From the IMG/VR virus record IMGVR_UViG_3300042892_002840, positions 33,030 to 97,029 of that record: a DNA stretch of 64,000 nucleotides; one strand, written 5' to 3'. The DNA is from a virus. This document shows positions 9,252-19,164 of the stretch, one piece after another. The notes under the pieces were generated by a model. It made no database searches. It was not told the origin of the DNA and saw only the letters and a list, made by a program, of their open reading frames with translations. Position 1 is the first letter of the stretch. Every line of letters starts with the position of its first letter. The position numbers were made by a program, and so were the translations under genes.

Positions 9252-11066
9252 TTAAGCTGAAAGGTCTCCGACAAGCACCCAAGTATTTGCCGCTCTCTTG
9301 ATGAGAGTTGCTGATGACCATTGTGCACGAAGCTTTAATCCTGGAGTTGCATTTACTGTAACTCCACCTGCTGCTGCAACATCTACTGCGCCTGCTCCCA
9401 CTCTCAGAACATCTAGGGATGTACCGATTGGGAATGCAACTGCTGCATCTGTTGGAATTGTTACTGTTGTTGCAGAAGCTGAGTTCATTTCAATCATTGA
9501 GTCTTTTTCATTGACTGATGAAAGAGTGTAGCTTGCTGTCTTCTGTGAAATTGGTGTAGCAGAAGGAACCTTGCCAGCTAACGCTGTTGTTACAGTAGCT
9601 GCGTAGTTTGCGTCATCTCCAAGTGCTGCTGCTAATTCATCAAGTGTGTTTAGCGCTGCTGGTGCTGATGCAATTACTGCATTCACCTGTGCTGTTGCAT
9701 CTGCAATAGCTTCTGACTTAGCTGTTGCAATTGCTGTAGCCTGTGCTGAAGATACTGGCTTATTAGCATCTGATGTATTGTCAACGTTTCCTAGGCCAAG
9801 TGTAGTTGCTGTGACAGCTGCTACTTCTGACTTAAGTGCTAGAAGTGATGTATCTGAAATTCCGTGTACATTTGTTGTATCTGAGTTGTGATCTGATACC
9901 TTTGTGTCAGCAGCTGTTGCTGCTGCTGTAATAGCTTCTGACTTAGCATTTGCTGCCTTTGTTGTAGCATCTGCTGCTGCTGCTGAAACTGCACCATCTG
10001 CTTTAGTTGTAGCGTCTGCTGCTGCTGTAGCTAGTGCAGTTGTAATCGCTGAGTCACGATCTGCAACTGTTGAAATTACAGTCTGGTCAACGCTAAGTGT
10101 TAATAGGTTTCCTGCATCGTCATATACTCTTCCAAGACCGTTTCCAGCAGTAACCTGAATCATTCCTGCTGCTGTATCTTGAATTAGCTCTGCAGCATTT
10201 GCCTGAGAAACGTATGTTGTTGATGCGTTGTTAATTGTTAAATATGTGCTTGCAGCATCTGTCTTTGCAAGGTAGTCGGCATCATTGAGTGCCTTATTCT
10301 GATAGCTTGCTTCTAGAGCTGTTGTTGTGACGTATCCTTCAATTGAAGCACCAGCTGGAATTGTTACTGTTCCAGTAAATGTTGGTGATGCGATTGTTGC
10401 CTTTGTTGCTAAAGCAGATGTTACTGTTGTAGCGTAGTTAGCATCATTAGCTATTGCTGTTGCAAGCTCATTAATTGTATCTAGGGCCTCTGGAGCTCCG
10501 TTTACAAGTGTTTGAAGTGATGCATCTACATATGTGCGTGTAGCAACTGTTGAGTTAATTGCAATTGCACCTGTTGTATTGTCGTATGAAATTCCTGTTC
10601 CGCCTGAGAGCTTTGCTCTAACTGATGCGTCTGAAATTTGATCCGCAAGGACCTTTGCGTTTGCATCAAGTGATGCTACACCAAAAGCTACACCCTTATC
10701 GGCTTCTGGAACATATGTTCCATCAGCTGAGTTAGATAGTGCAGTAACTGCGTTATCTACGTAATCTCTATTTGCCCATACTGTATCACTAATTTCAATA
10801 GTAATTGTATTTGCACCATCGTTGTATGTCTTTGTAAGACCAGTTCCAACTACGAGTGCTGAGTTAATTGCATCTTGTGCAATTTCTGTAACTCCTGGGG
10901 TATCTGATGCGCCGTATGAAAGTGTATTCCATGCTCCTGTACCATTACCAAATTTAAACTTATTACTATCTGTCTCATATCCCATTTCACCTGCGGCTAA
11001 TACTGGGTTTACTGAAGACCAGTCTGCTGCCAGACCTCTTCTTACTTGAATTCTTACTGTTGACAT
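9252..11066 (-). CDS. Tail fibre / virion protein with an Mtd_N (hyaluronidase-N)-like N-terminus
   Basis: RIQVRRG...NPVLAAGEMGYETDSNKFKFGNG; AP.ALDTL.ELA.A fibre motifs. Confidence 0.8.
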   Translation of the reverse strand: MSTVRIQVRRGLAADWSSVNPVLAAGEMGYETDSNKFKFGNGTGAWNTLSYGASDTPGVTEIAQDAINSALVVGTGLTKTYNDGANTITIEISDTVWANRDYVDNAVTALSNSADGTYVPEADKGVAFGVASLDANAKVLADQISDASVRAKLSGGTGISYDNTTGAIAINSTVATRTYVDASLQTLVNGAPEALDTINELATAIANDANYATTVTSALATKATIASPTFTGTVTIPAGASIEGYVTTTALEASYQNKALNDADYLAKTDAASTYLTINNASTTYVSQANAAELIQDTAAGMIQVTAGNGLGRVYDDAGNLLTLSVDQTVISTVADRDSAITTALATAAADATTKADGAVSAAAADATTKAANAKSEAITAAATAADTKVSDHNSDTTNVHGISDTSLLALKSEVAAVTATTLGLGNVDNTSDANKPVSSAQATAIATAKSEAIADATAQVNAVIASAPAALNTLDELAAALGDDANYAATVTTALAGKVPSATPISQKTASYTLSSVNEKDSMIEMNSASATTVTIPTDAAVAFPIGTSLDVLRVGAGAVDVAAAGGVTVNATPGLKLRAQWSSATLIKRAANTWVLVGDLSA

Positions 11067-11122
11067 TTATGCCACCCCTTATTTTATATTATTTGTAAAG
11101 TATACCATTTTTTCAATTACAA

Positions 11123-11482
11123 TTATGCGTTAATTGTGCTTGAGTCAAATGATAGGTCAAACGATGTTGTTGCTGGGGTTCCGCCATCAGCGAATTTAGT
11201 CGCTGTTGTGACAACCCCGTTTGCTTGTACTGTATAAACAGGATTGCCATCATAATCAATAGCCAATCCAATATCCATAAAGCTTATTGCACCTGATGTG
11301 TCTACTACATCTGTTGTATGTGCCAAAGAGACCCAAGTTCCGTTGATCTGAACCTTGAGCCTTCCTGATGTTTCGTCGAATGCTATTGGGGCGGTGCCTA
11401 ATACGATGTCAGAATCAAATGTTGCTGTACCAGCTACATTTAACCCATTCTTTACTCTAAAATTTTTATTTACTGTTGCCAT
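11123..11482 (-). CDS. Putative virion structural protein
   Basis: MATVNKNFRVKNGL N-terminus shared with 11553-12980; lies in the tail module. Confidence 0.6.
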   Translation of the reverse strand: MATVNKNFRVKNGLNVAGTATFDSDIVLGTAPIAFDETSGRLKVQINGTWVSLAHTTDVVDTSGAISFMDIGLAIDYDGNPVYTVQANGVVTTATKFADGGTPATTSFDLSFDSSTINA

Positions 11483-11552
11483 TTAAGTTCACTTATCCCC
11501 TAATTGTTTATTGTGGGGGATTTTTAAGGAATCCCCCGAAACCTTTATTTAA

Positions 11553-12980
11553 TTATTTAAGAAGTGTTCCAGTTACTTTGATTGTTGAATCATTTACTGG
11601 ATCTACTCTTAGCTGAACATTTGCACCAGATACTGATGCTGTTATTGTTCCTCTTGATCCATTAGTTCCGACAATTGCGTATTCTGTAATTGCTACGTTA
11701 TCTGATGAATCTAGTGTTACTAGAATTTCTGATATTTCATTGTTTGTTCCATTGTCAATTTTAACAAGGAACTTACCTGAGCGGAAATCCGCTTTTGCCC
11801 ACTGATAAGCAGTTACTGGAACTGATCCCAATGATGCTGATGTAGCTGCAATATGCTTAGCCTCATCATTTACATTAATTTCTGTGAATGCTGTTGTGCC
11901 GTCTACAAGATTGTCTACAAGGCCATCTGCATGTCCTTCTGCTGCTGTCTGTGCTGCTGAAGCAGATCCTGCTGCATCGTAGTTAGATGCTAGGCTGTCT
12001 GCATATCCTCTTGCTGAGGTATCTGCAGCATTTGCTTTATTTGTAGCATCGGTTGCTGCTGCTGTCTGTGCTGCTGAAGCAGATCCTGCTGCATCGTATG
12101 CTGCTGATGTTGCAGAAAGTGCTGCTGTGTTGAAATCTGAGATATCTGCTGAATCAAGACCAGTTACAGAAATTGTTGATCCTGTAATATCAATGTTTGA
12201 TCCTGCTGTTAATGTATCTTGCTTTCCTGCTGCAATATCCTGAAGATCAGAGATAATGTCTGGATTGTCCTGAAGTGCTGCTGCCAACTCGTTGAGTGTA
12301 TCAAGTGTTGCTGGGGCTGAGTCTACAAGGTTTGCAATTGCGGTGTCTGCATGAAGTTCTGCTGCTGCTTGAGCAAGACCAATTTCTGTGCTTGTCTTGT
12401 ATGCTGACCAGACCTTATCTGAAGCGCTTGAAGCGTCATTGATCTTGTTGTCTGCATAATCTTCTGCTGCAGACTGAGCATTATTTGCAGCTGTTGTAGC
12501 AAATGATTCTGCTGCTGACTGTGCTGCATTTGCCTTATTTGTAGCATCTGTTGATGCTGTAGCTTCTGCGGCTGCCTGAGCATTATTTGCTGCAGTTGTT
12601 GCAAATCCTTCTGCTGCAGTCTGTGCTGCTGCTGCAGCGCCTGCTGCATCGTAATTTGATGCTAAGCTGTTTGAGTATGATTGTGCATCTGCAAGAGCTT
12701 GATTAGCCTTATTAGTTGCATCTGTTGCTGCTGCTGCTTGAGCCGCTGAAGCAGATCCGTATGAATCAAAAGTATTAGCATTTACTGTAAGGTTTCCTGA
12801 ACCATCTACATTAAATACGCTGGTGTCAACGGACTTAACAAGAGTCGCTCCGCCAACAAGGTTGAGGATATAGCTATCTCCACCTGTTTCTGTAAGGATG
12901 TTTTGGCCATTGATTGTACCTGTGGTACCTTCAACTATAAGGCCAGATTTAATTCTAAAGTTTTTAACTACTGTTGCCAT
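11553..12980 (-). CDS. Tail fibre-like protein
   Basis: Ala-rich YDAAGSASAAQ and DATNKAN repeats; APATLDTLNELA motif. Confidence 0.7.
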   Translation of the reverse strand: MATVVKNFRIKSGLIVEGTTGTINGQNILTETGGDSYILNLVGGATLVKSVDTSVFNVDGSGNLTVNANTFDSYGSASAAQAAAATDATNKANQALADAQSYSNSLASNYDAAGAAAAAQTAAEGFATTAANNAQAAAEATASTDATNKANAAQSAAESFATTAANNAQSAAEDYADNKINDASSASDKVWSAYKTSTEIGLAQAAAELHADTAIANLVDSAPATLDTLNELAAALQDNPDIISDLQDIAAGKQDTLTAGSNIDITGSTISVTGLDSADISDFNTAALSATSAAYDAAGSASAAQTAAATDATNKANAADTSARGYADSLASNYDAAGSASAAQTAAEGHADGLVDNLVDGTTAFTEINVNDEAKHIAATSASLGSVPVTAYQWAKADFRSGKFLVKIDNGTNNEISEILVTLDSSDNVAITEYAIVGTNGSRGTITASVSGANVQLRVDPVNDSTIKVTGTLLK

Positions 12981-13007
12981 TTATATGACTCCTCTTGTTG
13001 CTTTTTA

Positions 13008-13559
13008 TTATGCCTTGATTGCTGTTCTAATAAATCTTACTGATATAGAACCGCTCACAGGGGTGACTCTTAGATTAATTATACCTGAAGTTTCTTCAAA
13101 TGTATAAGTAAATAAATTATTATCTGTTGTGGAAATAATGTTAGTCTCTGAGACTAGAACATTTGTTCCATCATGTGTCGTTGAGATGTCAGAAGAATAA
13201 ACATCTGCACCCTTTGTTACCTGTATTTTATAAAATACAGACTTCCAAACACTTTTTGCAAAAGAATCAATTGTTGTTTGATTCTCAATTCCATTTACCT
13301 CTAGGTCATTGTTACCGTCAAGTCCTAGCAGCTCTTCTACGTATCCTGAGTTGTTAGTAAGCCCATCTACTGCTGTAGATAGATTGTTTATCTTGTATGT
13401 TAATGAATTTGAGTCTGCTGAGTTTGTAACTCCTACTACAGTTTCCAAAGCCTCAATAGCGTCGTTTGCATTGGCATGCTGAGCAGCATGTCCTACTAGC
13501 TCGTCTGTTGAATTTGGATTTGTAAGGTTGTCCTTACTTGTTGGGAAAACTGTTGCCAT
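13008..13559 (-). CDS. Putative virion structural protein
   Basis: HAAQHANANDAIEALE; C-terminal domain resembles that of 11553-12980. Confidence 0.6.
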   Translation of the reverse strand: MATVFPTSKDNLTNPNSTDELVGHAAQHANANDAIEALETVVGVTNSADSNSLTYKINNLSTAVDGLTNNSGYVEELLGLDGNNDLEVNGIENQTTIDSFAKSVWKSVFYKIQVTKGADVYSSDISTTHDGTNVLVSETNIISTTDNNLFTYTFEETSGIINLRVTPVSGSISVRFIRTAIKA

Positions 13560-13615
13560 TTATATAAGCCTCCTGGCGGTGGTGCATGTTATCTAATTAT
13601 ATCTTATATATTTTT

Positions 13616-14800
13616 TTAAGACGGAATAAAACCAGAAGGCAGTCCTTTTATTACACGCTCTTCTAATTCACCAGTTGAGAAGTGTATGCCAGAATACCTT
13701 TCAAAATCTTCAAGTGTTCTCTCTGCAAATAAGCCATTTACTGGATCAATCTTGTTTTTAACTATAATCTGCTGAAAGTAAGACTTCGATGCATTATGTC
13801 TTGGATAAAATTCTTCTGGAAAGTCGTCCCAAAACAAGACTCTGTCTGGTCTACCGTATCTATGATACACGAATACTTTTCTTGGAGTTACTAGATTGTA
13901 ACCCGCTGTAAAAAACCTAAGTGCCATAAGTGGCTCTTCCTCAGTAAATGTAACTTCATCTACAAATGGCACAGATTCAATTACTGTTTTTTCAGTAAAG
14001 AAAAAGTGGCCAGACAAATAGGGGGAAAGCACATTTGTTTCTGGGTTAGTGTATTGTGGGGTAAACTGAGGAACAAGAGTAGACTTAAAATGTGCAATGT
14101 TTGACTCTGACATAAAGAATGTTGGATTAGCCTCACATTCCTGAAGTTCGTCATTTCCATTTTCATCTACTGTATATGGTGGTACATATGCTGTAAATAC
14201 AAGTTCATCAAAGTTTTGCTTGGCATAGTTATACTCTTTAATTAATTCTGTATCCCACCCAGATATTGATCTCATGTGGGAGTCCATGTTAAGATAGTAG
14301 TCTTGGTTGTTATAAAACTTGTGAGAATTCTTCCTAGCAGGCTGGCAACCAATAATTGATCCAGGATTTAATGAATCAACTGACACATTTTTTCTTTTTG
14401 ATGCTTCTGCTATATTAAAATCTATGTCATCATCCTGAATAGTTAATCCAAAATACACTCTATCTGGAAACTCAGCATTCTTTAAGAAGTTATCTACTGT
14501 GGTCCAAATCTCTGGGTCTTTATATGATGGAATATTGATAAATATAGTAGCTTCATTCTGTATCATAAGCAATTCCATTTCTTTTTCTGTTACTGGATCT
14601 TCTCCGCCCCATTTATGAATAGGGCATTCTGCTAACTGCAATTTGGTTTTGAATTTCATAAAACAACCACACTTTTTACATTGCTTGGTTGTATTAATAA
14701 ACTCTGGGCATGCCTTGCATATCTCATATCTTGATTTAGCAAGATCTGGAGTGGCATATTGACTATTAGGGTTTAATAGGTCCCATGGCTTTACTGACAT
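13616..14800 (-). CDS. GT60/Gnt1-like polypeptide GlcNAc-transferase with an N-terminal Cys-rich (DUF6171-like) domain
   Basis: IFINIPSYKDPE, YYLNMDSHMR, EE...LRFFTAGY...P...YHRY match the Skp1 hydroxyproline GlcNAc-transferase family; N-terminal CxxC..CxxCGCF..CP..KW. Confidence 0.8.
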   Translation of the reverse strand: MSVKPWDLLNPNSQYATPDLAKSRYEICKACPEFINTTKQCKKCGCFMKFKTKLQLAECPIHKWGGEDPVTEKEMELLMIQNEATIFINIPSYKDPEIWTTVDNFLKNAEFPDRVYFGLTIQDDDIDFNIAEASKRKNVSVDSLNPGSIIGCQPARKNSHKFYNNQDYYLNMDSHMRSISGWDTELIKEYNYAKQNFDELVFTAYVPPYTVDENGNDELQECEANPTFFMSESNIAHFKSTLVPQFTPQYTNPETNVLSPYLSGHFFFTEKTVIESVPFVDEVTFTEEEPLMALRFFTAGYNLVTPRKVFVYHRYGRPDRVLFWDDFPEEFYPRHNASKSYFQQIIVKNKIDPVNGLFAERTLEDFERYSGIHFSTGELEERVIKGLPSGFIPS

Positions 14801-14818
14801 ATATATATGATATCATTT

Positions 14819-17440
14819 TTACTTGTTGTGGACAAGCATGCCATTTACAAAGAACCAGTCATATGGTTCACAAGAGAACTGATATACATTTACAGTCTCG
14901 TTTGCCATAAACTCTATCTTATTAACAATAGTTTCATTAATTGTTCCATCAGAATTAACAGTTATTAAATATTCTCCACGCTCAACATAATATGCCTCTT
15001 TAATCTTATATTTACCGTCTAGGGTTTTAACAAAAACTGGCTGAGTATATGTCATTCTTGTATCAACATCATCGTTAAAATATAATATGTCAGATTCTTG
15101 TGTTTCAATAATATCTGTTATTGTTGTTTCAACAAATTCATTAACGGATAAGTTGTCTGAAGACCATGTTGAGAATTGATAAGAGTCTGGTGTGGACGCA
15201 TCTATTTCATCAATTACTATAGACTTAATCTTGTCTCCGACCTGTAAGAACTTAGCTGGTACTTGACCATCCATTGTATCTACAAGTGTGTTTTCTTCTA
15301 CACAAGGAGGTCCAAACCAAGGGATGAATACAAAGCTTGGGGGTGCGAAGAACCCTGGAGGAGAAAAGAATCCTGGAGGAGAAAAGAACCCTGGAGGTGC
15401 GAAGAACCCTGGAGGGCTAAAGAACCCTGGAGGTGCAAAGAAACTTGGAGGGCCAAATGCTAAAGCTCCTCCACAGCATGACCAGCCTGAAGGAACATTG
15501 TATACATCAGATCCACCAAGACGTGAATAGCCAAGCTCTGAACATGTGTAAGAAGTTGGATTTGTTATTGTTCCAGGACAATCTTGTTTTGTTGGTGTAG
15601 GAGTTGGTGTAGGAGTTGGTGTAGGAGTTGCTGTAGGATTTGGTGGTGTTGGGGTTGCAGTTGGTGTTGGGGTAGGTGTCGGAGTTGGTGTAGGAAGCGC
15701 TCCTCCACAGCATGACCAGCCGCTTGGTACATTGTAAGCATCAGATCCGCCAAGTCTTGTATATCCTAATTCTGAACATGTAGAAGACACTGGATTGGTT
15801 ATAGTTCCAGGGCAGTCTTGTAAAGGTGTTGGGGTGGGCGTTGGAGTTGGAGTAGGTGTTGGAGTTGGGGTTGCAGTTGGTGTTGGGGTAACTGTTGGAT
15901 CACAAGCAGCAGCTGCAGCATCCCGTAATGCAGCCGCATAGGTTGTTCTATAAACTGTTTTTACTGTTCCGTTAACGTTATAAACCGATGTATCTGCAGG
16001 AATTCCTGTTGTATTTGTAGTTGGTCCAGAAGCTGAAGGTGCAGACACATATTCTCCGCTAGTACCCTTGCATGTAGATGTTCCAGTGTAGTAAACATAT
16101 GTTGTTGGGGTTGCAGTTGGTGTTGGGGTAGGTGTAATTGTTGGATCACAAGCGGAGTTTCCTGCATCCACAAGGGCGGCAGAATAAGTCGTTCTATAAA
16201 CTGTTTTAATGCTTACTGTTCCATCAAGTACCTGTGTATCTTGTGGAAGAGTGTTGCCTTCTGCAACAAATGGGCCAGTAACTGAAGGAGATGCGGAATA
16301 AACTCCACTGAATCCATTACATCTAGAGACTCCAGTGTAATAGCTTACTCCAGTTAAAGTAGTGAATTCGACAGTATTCGATGTCCAGGATGTCTCATCA
16401 AAATTTGGTGTTGTTCCAGATGCTACAACTTTATACCTATATGTTTCTCCAGCTGTTAGGAATGTTATTGGAATTGTATTAGTTGTTCCTGAGTCATTTC
16501 CTGCTGGCAAAGAAGATCCATCTGGGTTTACCCAGTAAAGCTGCCAGCCATTTTGAGTAAAGTTAGATGTAGACCATGAAAGTGTTGCTGTGGTTTGTCC
16601 GATATCTGAAACTGATAAAACTACAGTTGGATCAAATGGTTTCATATCTGGGACAACATATTCTTTATAGGCGCCTTGAAGAGGCTGTCCTGTTGCTTGA
16701 AAATAAGGGTTGTTTGTGTTTTGTGAAGCAATATAAACTAACAATGGACCATCTGCTTTACCTAAAAGACTTTCAAATGGAGCTATTGATGAAACTAAAG
16801 ATGTGGTTTCATAAGCAGTTTGATTTTCTACTGAATCAACAATCTTTTCGTTTTGAATTCCTGCTCCTACAAAATAAATTTTAAATTTATTTGCACTTGG
16901 AACCCTTAACCATCTTAAATTAACTTTGCTATTTTCTGGAACAGTAGCATCTATATATATTACATCTTGTGGCTTTACTAAATAGTCATTGAGTCCAGCT
17001 AAAAGGTTATTGCCATTTACGTAAACTGGTTCGCTATCACCAAACTCATTTGTTGCCACAACTTTACACCTAAGAACATATCCTACCATTTGCTTATCAA
17101 TATAAGAAGAATTGTTATTTGAACCAAAATCAATCCATGTTGCATTTGTATAATCATTTGAAATCAAGTATGCAGCTTTTTGCCAAGTATATCTGTAAGA
17201 GGTTGGTGTATTTGTCCATGTGCCGCTTGTAATTGTTACAAACTGATCTGCCATTCGATTATTATTTTGCCAATTAAAAACTGGAGATTCTGTAAGAACT
17301 GGGACAGCAGCCCCAAACTTTTTCCATTCAGTTCCATCGAAAACATAAGATGCCTTTGAATCAACCCATGAAGAACCGTCATGTATCTTGATTTTCTTTA
17401 ATGGCTTCCATTCGGATCCATCAAATATATTTAAAGGCAT
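14819..17440 (-). CDS. Large virion/fibre protein: Ig/FnIII domains, (TP)n linkers, Cys-rich repeats, 6 FFxPPG repeats, C-terminal Hint domain
   Basis: Seen in the translation; Hint CVEENTLV (15304)...LVHNK. Confidence 0.85.
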   Translation of the reverse strand: MPLNIFDGSEWKPLKKIKIHDGSSWVDSKASYVFDGTEWKKFGAAVPVLTESPVFNWQNNNRMADQFVTITSGTWTNTPTSYRYTWQKAAYLISNDYTNATWIDFGSNNNSSYIDKQMVGYVLRCKVVATNEFGDSEPVYVNGNNLLAGLNDYLVKPQDVIYIDATVPENSKVNLRWLRVPSANKFKIYFVGAGIQNEKIVDSVENQTAYETTSLVSSIAPFESLLGKADGPLLVYIASQNTNNPYFQATGQPLQGAYKEYVVPDMKPFDPTVVLSVSDIGQTTATLSWSTSNFTQNGWQLYWVNPDGSSLPAGNDSGTTNTIPITFLTAGETYRYKVVASGTTPNFDETSWTSNTVEFTTLTGVSYYTGVSRCNGFSGVYSASPSVTGPFVAEGNTLPQDTQVLDGTVSIKTVYRTTYSAALVDAGNSACDPTITPTPTPTATPTTYVYYTGTSTCKGTSGEYVSAPSASGPTTNTTGIPADTSVYNVNGTVKTVYRTTYAAALRDAAAAACDPTVTPTPTATPTPTPTPTPTPTPTPLQDCPGTITNPVSSTCSELGYTRLGGSDAYNVPSGWSCCGGALPTPTPTPTPTPTATPTPPNPTATPTPTPTPTPTPTKQDCPGTITNPTSYTCSELGYSRLGGSDVYNVPSGWSCCGGALAFGPPSFFAPPGFFSPPGFFAPPGFFSPPGFFSPPGFFAPPSFVFIPWFGPPCVEENTLVDTMDGQVPAKFLQVGDKIKSIVIDEIDASTPDSYQFSTWSSDNLSVNEFVETTITDIIETQESDILYFNDDVDTRMTYTQPVFVKTLDGKYKIKEAYYVERGEYLITVNSDGTINETIVNKIEFMANETVNVYQFSCEPYDWFFVNGMLVHNK
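15221..15328. repeat. 108-bp exact direct repeat, copy 2
   Basis: Identical to 8308-8415. Confidence 0.9.
15335..15442 (-). repeat. 18-bp tandem repeat x6 encoding FF(S/A)PP(G/S)
   Basis: Counted directly. Confidence 0.95.
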
Positions 17441-17453
17441 TTAATGTCTCCTA

Positions 17454-19163
17454 TTAGTACTGTATGTAAATATCTCCAGCTACTGGTGTAGCTATTGATG
17501 TGTATCCTGTAGCAGATGTGCCATATGCAATCTTATTTGCAATAGATCCATCTGAAGAATTATGGTATCCATATTCTTTTGCGTTATCAATTGTTGCATA
17601 TGTTGTTGATGCCAATAAGGATGTCAGATATAGACTAAAATCAACATCTTCCCAAGAAGAATTTGTTCCGTCTGTTTTTAGATACTTACCCGCATAACCT
17701 AGTTGGTTAGGAAGTGTGGATGGCAGCCCAGATAACGATACGTTAGTAAAATCTATTGATCCAGTAAATACTGGGTTATTAGAATTTGCTTTGTCGTCTA
17801 AAGCTGTTTGTGTAAGTGTAGATATTGGCTTATCTAGATCTGATGTATTGTCTACATTTGCAAGCTCTACCATTGATTTTGTTATCCCAGAAACAGTTCC
17901 TGTAAATGAAGGTGATTCAATCGGTGCTTTTAATGTCAAAATTTCTGTAAGTCCTGCTGTGCTTTCTGCTGACTGTAATAAGGATGCAATTTCTCCGAGA
18001 GTATTTAGTGTTCCTGGAGCAGAATCAACTAATGTATCTATAGCTGCAGTAATTGCAGAGTTTCTGTTTGTAACCTCTGTAGATATTGCTGATGAAATTT
18101 CTGTTGTTACTGCAGATGCTCTTGCAATTGAAGAAGGAATTCTATCTACATTTATTTTAGAAGATGCGTCCAGGCCTGGGAATCCAAAAGCTGCGTCTCT
18201 CTGACCCTCATCAACATACCCATCAAGTGAGTTCTGTAATCCGCTTTGAAGAACATACTTGCTATCTGCATCAGATGTGTTAGTATAGTTATTAAATAAG
18301 TAAGTTGACAAAGAGTCAATATTGCTATTAACGCTAATTACTGTATCTGTAATTGTTGTATTAAGAGCTTCTACTGCTCTTGAATTTGTAAAATAAAGAT
18401 TTTCTGATCCTTCAGCAAGGTCATCAGTTGTTTTGGTTGCAAGACTTATGTCATTTAGCTGTGACTGAACTGCTGATACTGCTCTAGCATTTGTAAAATA
18501 CAAATTTGTGCCTTCGGCAACATCTGAAGTTGTTACTGCAGCAATTGCAATGTTTCTATTTGTAATTTCTGAATTTATAGCATCAGATATAGCTATACTT
18601 CTATTTGAAGATTCTTGATCTATAGCGGAATCTGTATATGAATTTGCTGCCGCTGTAGCAGTAGATATAGCTGTAACATCTTTTAGTTCTGCAGCATTAA
18701 TTGCATTTAATTGCGCTGCTGCAGCTTTATTTGTAGCATCTGTTGTAGAAATTACAACCGCTTGGCTTTTTGCAGATTCGATAGCAGCATTGATTTCAAC
18801 AACTTCCGATGCAATTTCTGAAGCAACTGCTTCAATTGCTCTTTCGTCTGTAAAGTATAGATTTGATCCTTCAACTAATGTGGTTGTTGAAAGAGCTGCA
18901 AAGGCTGCATTAATATCTGCTGTAATAGAAACGGCATCTGGAAGCTGTGAGGATACTAGTTTGCCAGATGAGTTGAGTGTTGCAACTCCATTTGCCTCGC
19001 CAGGCTTAAATGCATAAGATGTAATCTGGTTCCATCTGAGACCATTTCCAATTTTAAACTTAAGTGTATCTGTCTCAATTCCAATTTCACCACTAAGCAA
19101 TGTAGGGTTAATTGATTGCCATTGAGCGGCTGTATCTCTTCTAAGTTGAATTCTTACTGTCAT
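17454..19163 (-). CDS. Tail fibre protein with an Mtd_N-like N-terminus (likely start MTVRIQ at 19163)
   Basis: RIQLRRD...NPTLLSGEIGIETDTLKFKIGNG; EGSNLYFT repeats; GGAG RBS before 19163. Confidence 0.8.
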   Translation of the reverse strand: MTVRIQLRRDTAAQWQSINPTLLSGEIGIETDTLKFKIGNGLRWNQITSYAFKPGEANGVATLNSSGKLVSSQLPDAVSITADINAAFAALSTTTLVEGSNLYFTDERAIEAVASEIASEVVEINAAIESAKSQAVVISTTDATNKAAAAQLNAINAAELKDVTAISTATAAANSYTDSAIDQESSNRSIAISDAINSEITNRNIAIAAVTTSDVAEGTNLYFTNARAVSAVQSQLNDISLATKTTDDLAEGSENLYFTNSRAVEALNTTITDTVISVNSNIDSLSTYLFNNYTNTSDADSKYVLQSGLQNSLDGYVDEGQRDAAFGFPGLDASSKINVDRIPSSIARASAVTTEISSAISTEVTNRNSAITAAIDTLVDSAPGTLNTLGEIASLLQSAESTAGLTEILTLKAPIESPSFTGTVSGITKSMVELANVDNTSDLDKPISTLTQTALDDKANSNNPVFTGSIDFTNVSLSGLPSTLPNQLGYAGKYLKTDGTNSSWEDVDFSLYLTSLLASTTYATIDNAKEYGYHNSSDGSIANKIAYGTSATGYTSIATPVAGDIYIQY

Positions 19164-19164
19164 T

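Noticed and set aside
8308-15328. Diversity-generating retroelement TR/VR pair
   Set aside because: The repeat copies are identical with no adenine-specific mismatches, both are coding, and there is no reverse transcriptase in the window. The Mtd_N-like domains alone are not evidence.
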